A program made the translations under genes and the position numbers. From Lineus longissimus (Eukaryota): DNA of 64,000 bases. The notes beneath the pieces were generated by a model. The model did not search any database. It was given only the letters and a program-made list of their open reading frames with translations, and was not told the DNA's origin. This document shows positions 1 to 12,067 of the stretch, piece by piece; within the stretch, counting starts at the first letter, position 1; the number at the start of each line of letters is the position of its first letter. The stretch covers positions 558,001-622,000 of the forward strand of contig NC_088308.1 in the NCBI RefSeq assembly GCF_910592395.1, read 5' to 3'.

Positions 1-471
1 TTCTTTCAATACACGTGATGTATGTGTTGCGAGGACCATACTATTACGATGCAAAAAAAACTTCTCAATAACTGAAGGTGAAAGGAAATTGCGGCTGAAC
101 TTATATTGGCTAAGTATCCCTCGTCACGTCAGCAGAACATGCATTTCTCAGGTTTTCCAAGTCACCGCGGAGCGTCTCTCGAGTTTCACAGTTAACGCAA
201 ATGATCAGGGCTAAGAAGATTAATTCCTGTGTATTGATCATTCAACACTCCTACTGAGGCTCGTGATAAAAAAGAACAGTTAAAACATGATATCCACAAT
301 TGAATGTTTTCAATTTAGTGGACGTTTTGACACATCCAAGTAACTCTGCTCCTTTTTTCAGGAACTTTTCAATAGAAGGTTATAACATTCCTCCTTGGTG
401 ACTTCGCTCCGTCGATTAAAGACTCAGCCATAATCTCGTACCTATATTGTCATCTTCAATCTTTCTTTCAG

Positions 472-3400
472 TGCTCTCCATGGTATCAAGTGTTCTAACA
501 CTAACAGTCATAGCCTGCGATCGTTTCTTTGGCATCGTATTCGCCATGAAGGCACACATGACAGAACGCCGAGCCAGCGTCTTCATAACCCTGGTATGGG
601 TGGTCTCCATCGCCGTCAGCAGCCCATTGCTATACTTCCGCAGAATCACCACCAGAGAATGGAAAGATTACACTGAGATTTTCTGTCAGGACCACTGGCC
701 GTTCGTAACGAGTAGAAATGAGCAAGGAATGGTAATGGCATTCACGCCGTCCCGTGTCGCCTACTATACCACTGTTTCCATTATTTTGTTCTTCCTCCCA
801 GTACTCATTATGTCCATAGCCTACAGTCTGATCATCATGAGGCTCCGGTCAAGCCGGATGCCTGGGGTGCACCTGGACACGGAGATGAGCGTTCAGGACA
901 AGTTGAAAAAGAAGGTATGAACTGACTAATAATGCAACACACAAGTCCCCTGCCTCTTTCAGAGCGACCTCCGACGCTCATTGTACTGAAGTGGTCCTAA
1001 GACACTACAAATGTCTCTTTCCGATGCCGAAACCGACTCAGCATTCGGTGATTTTCTCGTTATACCTTTCAATTCCGCCCACTGCACCCATTGCACAACC
1101 AATGCGAGGCCATTATCCGCAAGTACCATGGTGTAGACTTCGAGTACAGTAAAAGCTTCTAGCAAAACAATCTGAATGAAGCAGCACCCTGGTAAAACAC
1201 ATTCCACCAGCAACAACTCTCTCTACTCATCCCCTCAACTGATGTTCCCATTCATTGCAGGTCGTGGTGATGTTGGTAATGATACTATCCGTGTTTGTAA
1301 TATGCTGGCTGCCATATCAGGTCATCCTAGTCTACGGGGAACACCGCACAGAACAATCTGAGGTAAGTTTTCGGCAATGCGATCTTGTCAGACAGATGCA
1401 AATGCCAATATTCAATAGCAATACTCCGTTAGAGAGGAATGTTAGAAGCGTTCAATGAAGAAACGCGTATAAAATAAAGTATTTAGACTGGCTTCACCGG
1501 AATCCTCAAGCATTATAAGCTTGCATTCATATCTTACCAATTGCACGCAGTTAGTTTCGGAGGCAATACCTCTGGAAGTTCAGAGCACTGTTCAGTGAGT
1601 TGCGAATGAGTAATCTGTGAACCAATGAGATTCACTGCTGGTATGAATAAGAAGTTGGGGCTCATGAGGTGTTCCCTGTTCAGTTCAACATGTTCCCACA
1701 CATACGACTCAACTGAGGGTGATAACAGAATTCCATATTACGTATCTAGTTGTTGATATCTGTGCTAGCTTTGCACTGTCCAGGCAGTACCGCTGAAATA
1801 CTCTGCCCCCGGCAAATTTCATTACCTAGTACACAGAACAGTTTACGAATATTGACAATTATTAGCCATAAATTTACGTCAGATACAGGTCGCTTTATTG
1901 TGATGTCATCATCTCTGGATGCGGCGCGCACAGAACACGCAAAATAAATTGAAACTATACCAGATGGCAATTCCCATATATGTTCCTTTGTTGACATTGG
2001 ACAATTTGGAAGATGGATAGTATGACATGAACTAGGCCCAATTGTTTCGTGTACCAGAACGAGGGGTGGCTGGTGGGGCGAACGAGGGGTGGCTGGTGGG
2101 GCGAACGAGAGGTGGCTGATGGGGCGAACAAAGCTGGAAGAATATCCACGGGAGCAGATATAAGAACGCCATATTCCATAGCCGTAGAAGATATTAAGAC
2201 GTTAAATCTGATTAAGTCATCCAACTAGACTCTAATGTAAACTTGACTCAGGCACAGTTCTGTGTCATTTTAAGTCGTTTGGTACTTTACTCGGAGAGGT
2301 TCAGTTCATCGCTTCAACAAAGCCGTAATACATTAAAGCATTACTGACTTGGTGACAGGTTAAACGTAAACATGATTGATATCGTCTGCTAATAATCCCA
2401 CCCTAGAACACATGAGCGTCCAAAAAACAAATGATAGAAACATGAACTTTTTATACGACACTTCTACAATTAATTAGTTTTTAAATAAGTTGTTTTCAAT
2501 TTAAACCTTTATCAACACAAAGTGTCTTTCTACAGTCATCGATCAATGTTTTAGTGTATTTGTGTTCATTAATGTAGCGCTTGAAAAAAACCTATCGACG
2601 TATCTTTTCAGCTCCCCGCATGGTATCGCCAACTCCAATTCTACGCCATCTACATCGGATACACCAATAGTGCAGTTAATCCTATCATATACGCTGGGTT
2701 CAATGAAAACTTTCAAAAAGGTAATTATGGTTTTAAAAAAACATGCTCTCGATGCGGCTGACCAGAGTAGCAAATGAAAGATGTGGCTGCCTAGCTTATA
2801 GTGTTGATGATTGAAAGCAAACTTATGGGAAAAGTTACCTAAAACTTCGAATTCTACATCTAAAATTGCCAGTACGTCTATGGAATAATAGTGAGGTTTC
2901 GCAACCACCCGTTTAGGCCGTACGACGTCGTTTATCTATTGTGTGAGTTTACCTGAACAATAGATAAACGTCGTCGAAGGGCCTAACCGGGCGGTTGCGA
3001 AACCTCACTATTGTTATTGGTTGTCCGGAAACAAAAAAGGACACTGCACAAAAGAAAGAAATGGTGATCGAAGACACTACATAAAGCCAGAATCGTCGTA
3101 TTCATGTCCAAATTGTCTTGAGACGTACAGCGATGTATGCTGGCGAAAGGCTGTTGGTTGTCTATCATCGTCGTGTTTCCGAACCAAAGATTATAGCTTC
3201 AGCCCAAACAACCCTAAAACGTTAGTTAAGGTAAAAGACTATCTCTGAGTTTTAGCTTGTCCTTGACAGAATAACATTGCAACTGTCAACGGAACCCGTG
3301 GATTCTTTTTGATGACCAAACAAAACCGTAACACATTCAGTTAACCTTTGGTTAAAACATCATTTATAGGTTTAAAAAACGTTTCTTTGAGAAAGGTAGG

Positions 3401-4695
3401 GTTTGTGTAAGATAACCCAAAGTATTAAGCATGATTTTTTAGAGCCTGGGACACGTACATTGGTTGCTCTATTGATACTTTGCTTTATGCAAATACACAA
3501 GAGATGAACAGTAGAATTGAGGATTTACTCTAAAACGGCAGGGAAATGTGATACCAGTTTCATGATTCGTGAATCAACATTGAAATTTGCGTATCAAGAT
3601 CCCAGTGGATAAGAGGCAGTGTTAAAGATGGTTCTTGAGTAGGTTGATTTCTCTAAGCAGGAACTGACAAGAAATTGCTCTAGGGAATGTGTGTCATATC
3701 ATGGATTAACTGACAATCCAACCTAGCTGGAAATATGATAACCACGTGATCATGACAAATGTTTGTTGGACCTGTCACTTGCATGCAAGAAGCATGTTTA
3801 CATTTCTGGTTTCTAGGGCCATCACGAAAGGCAATTATCGAAGCTAAGATGACAACATGATGCAGAAGGTTCTTTCTAAAATATTCCATTTCCAATGACT
3901 ATAAGTTCTTTATTCTGTAAATAGTTCAGAAACATGCTTGGTCAATGGAAAAGTGAATCGGAAATAGTCATAGAAGTATTCAAAAGCGAATGGCTTTGTT
4001 CCTATGTTTTGCATGTCTGCTTGATTGGCCAATCGGTGCGTAGTTATAGATTATGAATTGAGCCGGTGTAGAAGAAGTAAATTTCCCCTGTAAATGGTGC
4101 TACAGAGGCGTGACCTTCAACAGCTCAGAGTTTAAAGCGCAAAATGGAATCCTTTGTTCACCAGACATTCTGTCCTGGGACATTTCAAGGTTTCACAACG
4201 GTTGAGGCGCGCCTGTACACAGGCCTGTTACCGGAAATATTGGCATTTGGCTCCAGCGCCCCTCGACTGGTTAAATGGGGCCTAAACAGTACAATAGTTA
4301 CATGGCCTAATAAGCATCTTGGAGGCATCATCAGTATATCATGGCTGCATATAAAAGTGCAAAAGCAACATTTCATGTTTTGACGTGAATTCGAAAATTC
4401 ATGCTTTTACGGGAACAGTGACTGGTAATAATTCAGCAAAACAACGATTCTATGGTGGGTATTCCTAACAAATATATATCACTTGTCTTATGAATCGCTG
4501 ACTTGACCTACTTCTCAAAGCGGACTGACCTTTTATCTTAATTTTTCAGGCTTCAAGGACTCTCTGAGCTGCCTAGCTTGTTTCAAGGACAAACGGCGAT
4601 ACAGTGCAATAGAACTCCGCCAAGATTCGTATCACAGTCAATCACTGATGTCACACACGCAAGTTACATCCACATCCGTCATGACCAAAGTATAA
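472..4695 (+). CDS. Class A (rhodopsin-like) neuropeptide GPCR, 3' part (TM3 to C-terminus). Exons 472-914, 1261-1362, 2612-2720, 4550-4695; 5' exons lie upstream of the window
   Basis: Spliced translation gives TM3 SVLTLTVIACDRF (DRY-like), TM4 Trp, ECL2 Cys, TM5 FFLPVLIMSIAY, TM6 FVICWLPY, TM7 NSAVNPIIY and helix 8 FNENFQKGF. All introns are GT-AG and phase-consistent; TAA at 4693-4695. Ligand subfamily cannot be assigned by eye. Confidence 0.93.
2062..2129. repeat. Short tandem repeat, about 23 bp x3 (GGGGTGGCTGGTGGGGCGAACGA), in a GPCR intron
   Basis: Directly visible; third copy diverged. Confidence 0.85.
2884..3015. mobile_element. Palindromic MITE-like fold-back element in a GPCR intron
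   Basis: Arms of about 58 bp (ATAGTGAGGTTTCGCAACC...TTTATCTATTGT / ACAATAGATAAA...GGTTGCGAAACCTCACTAT) are near-perfect reverse complements; TA flanks the core at both ends. Confidence 0.8.
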
Positions 4696-4972
4696 CGTCA
4701 TGGCGAGATACATCCGTCATGGCCGAAGTGTAAACCTCTGCATGTGAGACGGAACCATCCGTCATGGCCAAAGCGCAAGGCTCGTGGTGTCAGACGGAAA
4801 TTTCCGATTGGACTAAAGTCAAACCGCATGGTGTCAGACGAAAATATTCGTCATCGAAGTATGAACCTCATTGTGTTAACATGATCAAAGTGTGAACCTC
4901 ATTGTGTTAACATGATCGAAGTGTGAACCTCATGGCACCAGATGGAAATATATGTCATGACCAAAGTATAAA
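4673..4972. repeat. Degenerate tandem repeat (about 30-45 bp unit) spanning the GPCR stop codon and 3' UTR
   Basis: Recurring CATCCGTCATG(A/G)CC(A/G)AAG and AAGTGTGAACCTCAT motifs. Confidence 0.7.
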
Positions 4973-6111
4973 CGGCCCAAAAGGACGCGGACATTTACTT
5001 CTGAGAAACCCCATAGCTAGCTACGCTTGCAGCACCTTTTCTGGGTGTATGAATGATGGAAAACAATTTGCAAATATGCAAACCATTTCATTATATTATT
5101 TCCTTGTACACATAATCAGGAAGTCTTGTTTTGAATGTGTTCTGAGGAGGAATGACGATGTCCGGCTTCTCTGTACTCATCATGTCAAGCACTGCTGGTG
5201 CTACTGTAAAAATAGAATCATTGATGCACTTTTACAAAGTAATTTTATTTCTCATTGACATTTATAAATCTAACAGGGCTATCTGTCTGTACATTACTGT
5301 TTATCTTATTTTACTCACATGAATGTTGTCCTTGAAGCTAACGACTAGCGGATGTAAGAAGCCCCAATGAGACTCGTTCGACTCCAGTCTCGATCAGCGG
5401 TGGTGCCATCTTCGAAACGATCCAACAGATGCAAAGAAAGGAGAGAGAGAGATGAGATACTGCAAACATGGCATTAGCATCATCACATTAATTAGTCTAC
5501 AATTAGTCTTTAGCAGTGATTTCCTACAATCAAGTAACTGTAATAGCTGTAGATATTCCCATATCGGGAAATAGACATATAGCATCACCGTAAGAATAAC
5601 ACGTTTGGTAGCCACTAAGATTTACATTTAACGCCGAGAGTTGATGTGATCACTCCGTATATTATCATCCTAACAAGATATGTTATATTATAATAAAGTG
5701 TGTACCAGTTCTTGTTACAAGTTTATTGTTGGTGCTGATTCCGGATTTTAAATGGCCGCACTTTTGTAATTACAAAGATGGCATTCTTGACCGCTTTGCT
5801 TGGATCTAAACGAAGGTGGCTTTGATTAAAAATGGACAAGTTCATAGGCCATGATACATGCATGCTGGTTTTTCAATCGCAAACCGCTTCTAGTTGGACC
5901 GTTACTTCTCCACACAGGGCCTTTGAAAAATCATCATCGTAGTATCATAGATAAGCTTACTGGTGCTACTATACAAGCGGCAGAGCACGATGGCGAGCAT
6001 GGGTACATTATCCTACCAGCCACCTATAGCCCACGCCCAAGTTGTCCCTTGATGCAATATACCTTACCTTTTTTTCTTCACGTCGAAGATCAGACAGCCG
6101 CTGTAGCCTTG

Positions 6112-6156
6112 CTGAGTGTTTCCGTTCTTGAGTGTTTCCGTTCTTGAGTGTTTCCC
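6112..6156. repeat. 16-bp tandem repeat, about 3 copies (TGAGTGTTTCCGTTCT)
   Basis: Directly visible. Confidence 0.8.
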
Positions 6157-6989
6157 TCATTGTTGGGAACGCTGAAATAAAATTGATAAGTTTTTCAGAC
6201 CCCTATTGAAAGTCATGGTCTTACTAGCTGTTTATTATATGGAAACACTAAAATATGGGTAACAACCACAGATATTACACCGGCCTATGACGTGCATGAA
6301 GGTCAAAGGCCTCATCTGTGACATCAGAGAAGGGATTTTACGGCATACACAGTTTGTCTAATTTTCCCATACGGGGGTGGCATGATGAACAGGAATATAA
6401 TTGATAAGAACATTGGTGGGAATTCTAGGAGGGGTGGGGAAGAAAATCCAGGAGGGGTGGTCCTATTGAAAAACCATAACAAAATCATAACTTTAAGGAA
6501 ATAAGGAGGGGGTTATAAGGGGAGAATTAAAAGAGGGATGCTTCTCCCTTTATTGTAACGGTAGGGAGAAGTTGACTCACTGGTCATAGGCCTACGGGCG
6601 TCCGACAAGTTAGCAGGGCTACCAGGGCATTTGGAGGCCTGGATCCCACTTAAGCCGATGTTGCGAACGCTGACCATCGTGAGGAACTGCCAAAGACGGG
6701 AAGGTGAAGTACCTTATGATCGATGGAGATGTTGAAATCGAAGGAAATGTAATTCGAGGCTACGTAATTTACGAAATGGTGGGTAAGCTCATAAGAAAAT
6801 TACCTGTTTTCTGAACGGTTCCATCTCGCAAAAAATGATTTCTTTGGTCGTTCATTTCCGTTCCGAAACTCAACGTAGCCCTTTTTTCCGTCCCTCAAAA
6901 TACTGATTGCTATGGCCGTTGTGAGTTAGCCAATAGAAGGCATTATTGAGGAAATGTTGATGAAAAAAGTTTTGATGTCTGTGGAAAAA

Positions 6990-7735
6990 AACTAAGTATT
7001 TAAAAATTTCATTTGGCGTTTTTTATGTAGGCGTATGAGTACGATTTTATACAAAAAAATTTCAAAATGTTATAAAAATGAAGTATTTGAAAATTTTACT
7101 TTGCATTTCATTCTTTTACTAGTTTTAGGCCAATGGCAATAAATGGATTTGATACCAACAAAATTAAGTACATGAACATTTTATTTTGTGTGTTAAAGCC
7201 ATAAATTGAATCTTTTTAGGCAGATAAATCGATTTTGCAAAAAACTTTATTCTGTAAAGGCTGTTTTAACATTTCATTTTGAGTTTTAGTGTGATAAGTA
7301 GACTCTTGCTGCCGATGAATGCGATTTTAGGCACAATTAAAAAACAATAGCTGTTACAAACCAAAGTACATGTACATGTATTTGAAAATACACATGTATT
7401 AGTTACCTGTATTAATGCCATGGGTTGCCCCTTTTAGTACAATGAATTTGATTTTAAGAAGAAAAAAATCTCTGTAATAAAAAACAGCATTATAAATGAA
7501 GTATCGAGAAATTTTATTTTGTGGGTTTTTTTAGCTTTTGCTCTTTCAGGCTAATAAGTTAAATGCGTTTTGAAAATCGACTATTTGAACATTTAATTTT
7601 GCGTTTTGATGCCACAGTTTCACTTTAAAGCCAATATGTCAATTTTAATATTTTATGCAGAAAACAAATTTTTTAAAGTCTGAATGGGCTATTTGACTAT
7701 AAAGTATTTGAACATTTTATTTTGCATTTTGATGA
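6990..7735. repeat. Old AT-rich degenerate satellite, period about 85-90 bp
   Basis: Variants of AAGTATTTGAACATTTTATTTTGC recur near 6994, 7081, 7166, 7260, 7499, 7580 and 7702. Confidence 0.6.
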
Positions 7736-7766
7736 CATGAATGACCTAATGAATGCGTATTTATGC

Positions 7767-9021
7767 ACAAAATGAAATGGTCCAGGGACCATGTGCCCAC
7801 CTTGGGTTATGTAATGCATGTCATTTGCAGTGGATATGGGGAAAACAGTTTCTGGCTAGTTTCACCAGTTTTGATTCCATTGAATAATATTATTATTCTC
7901 GGTTCAATGGCACAAATGAAAATTACCGGTGCCATCTAAGTATAGCATTTTGGTTATGATGTTGACTGAATTTCAGGATTATTGAAGAGTCTACATGTCA
8001 CATGGAAATTGGTTGACATCTGTGCAACAGTTTAGGAGTAATAGGACTTTGTTAGATTTTCAAGATGGCGGCCTGGCGGCCATATTTGTCCTAGGATTTG
8101 ACTGAAAATAAAGTATATTGATAAAAGTACATAGATACATAATCACATGAAGTTTGGTTGCAATCCAATCATTAGTTTCGGAGTAATAGGACTTTGTTCA
8201 ATTTTCAAGATGGCCACCTGGCGGCCATATTGGTCAATGGATTTGACTGAAAATCAGAGATGTTGTAGAGAGTACATAGATATACAATCACATGAAATTT
8301 GGTTGCAATCAAACTTTGTTTAATTTTTAAGATGGCCGCCTGGCGGCCATATTTGAAGTCCGAGTGGGACAATTTTTTGGGGTATAAAAGAGGGTCCTTA
8401 GATATATGTCCTTACAGGTTTAGCTCAAATAGAAACGAAACGTGCCACCTATCGGTGATTTAGTGAACTTTGACCTCTGTGACCTTGAAAAGTAGGTCAA
8501 ATCAAAAACCCGCGTGACATGTCATTTAACCTTATTAGATACACCCACCATAAAAATGTCATCACTCTACGTAAAAAATGGATCCAGGGGCCATTGTGCT
8601 TACATCGGGAGTGAATGGATCCAAGGGCCATTGTGCTCACATCGATAGTGAATGGATCCAGGGGCCATTGTGCTCACATCAGGAGTGAATGGATCCAGGG
8701 GCCATTGTGCTCACATCAGGAGTGAATGGATCCAGGGGCCATTGTGCTCACATCAGGAGTGAATGGATCCAAGGGCCATTGCGCTCACATCAGGAGTGAA
8801 TGGATCCAGGGGCCATTGTGCTCACATCGATAGTGAATGGATCCAGGGGCCATTGTGCTCACATCAGGAGTGAATGGATCCAGGGGCCATTGTGCTCACA
8901 TCAGGAGTGAATGGATCCAGGGGCCATTGTGCTCACATCAGGAGTGAATGGATCCAAGGGCCATTGCGCTCACATCAGGAGTGAATGGATGCATTGCAAA
9001 TGCATTATAGGTATGAGCTAA
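7767..9021. mobile_element. Non-autonomous Helitron/Helentron-like element with internal tandem arrays (boundaries approximate)
   Basis: Internal repeats of about 125-145 bp with CAAGATGGC...GGCGGCCATATT at 8061, 8206, 8329; TGACCT motifs; terminal palindrome ATGCATTGCAAATGCAT followed by TGAGCTAA. Family assignment is inferred from architecture only. Confidence 0.5.
8577..8991. repeat. 37-bp minisatellite, about 11 copies (GTGAATGGATCCAGGGGCCATTGTGCTCACATCAGGA)
   Basis: Head-to-tail near-identical units with no spacers. Confidence 0.97.
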
Positions 9022-10524
9022 GTAAAGTCTCCAGTTGGCACATGTGACTGTACCCTAAAAGCAGAAATGAAATACTCATTCTACAGAGTGGCTCAATATC
9101 TTTATATTGATCTTTCAATCTTTCAAACCACCAAAAATAACACTTGTTTACAGGCCTATACTGATACTTGCTTATTCTTCGAAGATTACGATTTATGAAT
9201 TGGTACGATTGGTAAAAAATAGATCCCTACCTGGTTTTCTTAATTTCATGGAACTTGAGCATCATTCATATTCATAAGTCAAAGTTCTTACTCCTAAATT
9301 CCGTCCAATCTTAGACAGACTGGTTACTCTAAGGTCCAATCCAACACATTTGAAGTCCAATCCATGCTACAGAATTTCATCTATTCGAACACAGTTATAG
9401 TCCATGCTACTGAATCCCATCCACGCGAACACTATTGGTGGTCCATGCTGCTACTCATCCATTTACCTGTAGGCCTACACGACATGCACGACCCGATGCT
9501 ATCGCCTATGTAACTCTTCATCACAACACATCCCCTGCATCTAGACTAATTCCATTCTGTACATGTACCAGCACAGGCGGCAGGCTTTTGGCAGCTCCCA
9601 AAAGTGACTGTACATATATATATTAGGCTATAGTGTTGATTTGATATATACATATCATGATAGGAGTGACCAGTGCCAGCGGACGCCACTTTACCTTAGG
9701 GAATTCCAAAGACGCACTGGTCCTTATTTTGCTTAATTCAAAGTCATTACCTTGCCCGAGTCCTGGAAATACAGCTACAAGGGGCAAAAAACCAAAATAG
9801 ATGCAATCAATTCGTGACATATTTCACATAAATCCAGAGAAATCGTCATATAGCCAACCAAACGATACAGAGAATACCACCACAGAAAGGTCACAACACT
9901 TTATCAAAATCATTTATCCACTCGATGTCTGGGAAATTGCGATTTTGTAAATGTATTTTTTATCAAATAAAGTTAAAACGCGCGTGCAGTCAGTGATAGG
10001 CCTAATATAATAGCGATAGGCTCGTCGTTTGAGTCGTCTCACATTATCGTTTTGAACTAATTATGCGGCGGCCGCTATATCGACACACCTGCAGCTGTGC
10101 TCTTCGAAGACGTCCACAACTCTCCTCTTGTTTGGGCTTTGCAACCAGAAGCCCTTCCCAGTGTAACCGACGACTCTTCAGCATAAACCGTGCACTCAGT
10201 AAAAATAACGAGGGTGTTTGACTAAAACTTCAGGGCGGGGCGAGGCAAGCTTGATAATCGAAATCGACATATCAGGTTTTGGCAAGGATCAGGATTTCGT
10301 CAATCGGGATCAATATCATAGTTGGCCTTAATGCAAGATCAAATCCTTTATTGCGATATGCATGAGCTAATATGCATGAGCCATACGTTGTGTGAGTGAC
10401 AAATAATTCGCCTTTGTAAATCAAACTCATTATCACGGTGTCCAATCAAAGACAAAATTATTTTATTCGTACTAGATTTCGTTCATGCATAACTAATCGT
10501 GGTGATTACTTTTTCAAGTTTTTC

Positions 10525-10621
10525 GGCAGGCAGCAGGGGTAACAGCGTATTATGTAATCACCCGCCACCCCTTCCATAGGCTTGACAGGCTTCCATTTGC
10601 CAGATTTACTGCGAATACGAC
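10525..10621 (+). repeat. Dispersed repeat, copy A (matches 35564-35641)
   Basis: GGCAGGCAGC.GGGGTAACAGCGTATTATGT.ATCACCCGCC...CCAGATT.ACTGCGAATACGAC is shared between the two sites. Confidence 0.8.
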
Positions 10622-11584
10622 GCATGAGCGATATCGCGTACGAAAAAATAATTTCTTTTGATCAGTAACCGCGGTTACACTGTTTTTGGGAGAGGTGGTT
10701 TTGTTATATCTGGAGGCAGTTGTGAAAGTTCATTTAATGTAATAACGAAGAGTTATCATTTGTTCCAATGTATAGAGTGATTTCACGTGACGTCTTTACC
10801 TGCCATGCTGGAAGGACAAATAAAAGAACTAAACCAAAATGAATATAGTTTTATCACGATTTATTTCAAACACAACAGAAAAATGCCTCACCTTATATAA
10901 GTGACAGTTTTAATAGATGCTTTTTACATTGCATACAATCAAGAATGTATGTACAAACACAATATTTTGTCACGCTATCATACATATATTACATTTAGCG
11001 AAGCCATAAGCATGATACGGTAAATCACATTGTAAACTGGGCATGACAGATTTTGACCTGGCCTTGAATATTCACTGGTGATCACCGGCCATGACCTCAG
11101 TTCACCAGGTATCACATAATTACTGTACCATGGAATTTCTGCCCTTATATGTCCATGGACGAAGATGAATAACCCCGTCGATTAAACCCAGTCACACCCA
11201 GTCACTATTCGTTCAAGTCCAATGAATGTGGAAATCGAAATTAAAAAACGTGACGAGAAATGCTTATATATTTAGAGATAGGCCTTGATATATGCATCCG
11301 GTATAACTTCATCTGTCTCGGTTCAACCTCAATCTGCTCAGTCGATAGCAGTATCAACATGAAACATGAATCAACTTAGGCCCTGTAAATGCTTTCTTAT
11401 CACCTTTGTATCAAAAATGTACAGTTCTGATGCTCTCACCCAAAAGAAGGGAAGACGTCAATATGTGTCAACGAGCTTTCATGCTCTTGCGCGATATAAA
11501 GCTAACACACACACCTCTAAAAGCCACACGGTGGAAATAGTTAGGAAATCTGGATTTCTCAAGTATATAATACTCCAACTAAAT

Positions 11585-12067
11585 CTAATCCTTGAAATGC
11601 AAGCCTGTGTCTATACTATCAGCAATATCATTGATGAAGAAGTCACTATCGTAACTGAGACATTGCGATAAAATGATCGTCGCCTTGACCGTCACTTCGC
11701 CGAAGACTGCCTGCGACTGCTGAAGCAGCCGGTCTCGGAAAGCCCGCTTTGATTCGTAAGCTTCCTCCTGGGACATCGGTATAGATAGAAAGCTGTGGAG
11801 CGGGCCTGCTGGTCCTTCAATGTACCGCCATCGAATCTCCTGGGAGTCGTGTGCCCATATTCTTCCAGCACCCAGTGGGATGCCGTTGATGAGACGAGGT
11901 AGCTTCTTGAAAGCAGTGGTAGGGACGTGACCCTCGCCATATACGGTACGTAATGACACATGCATCAAGTGACAGTGTCGGTTGTCATCACGTTGAGCAC
12001 CGTTGATGTTCTGGACGATCTGACCAGCCTCGCGCGGGCTGACTGTGAAGGGGGACTCCGTGGCCAT
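11585..12067 (-). CDS. Putative single-coding-exon gene, 160-aa protein of unknown function
   Basis: ATG in good context (AGCATGG); splice-acceptor-like TATATTCAG about 25 nt upstream; raised GC relative to flanks; minus-strand AATAAA at 10860-10865; no recognised domain. Confidence 0.55.
   Translation of the reverse strand: MATESPFTVSPREAGQIVQNINGAQRDDNRHCHLMHVSLRTVYGEGHVPTTAFKKLPRLINGIPLGAGRIWAHDSQEIRWRYIEGPAGPLHSFLSIPMSQEEAYESKRAFRDRLLQQSQAVFGEVTVKATIILSQCLSYDSDFFINDIADSIDTGLHFKD

Noticed and set aside
6680..6787. Short exon-like frame (KVKYLMIDGDVEIEG...) with a donor site
   Set aside because: Upstream in-frame stop; no acceptor or partner exons found
8577..8991. 37-bp repeats as a CRISPR array
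   Set aside because: Head-to-tail units with no unique spacers; an ordinary minisatellite
11128..11158. CCATGGA...TCCATGG palindrome similar to the one at 22171
   Set aside because: No flanking target-site duplication; could be chance
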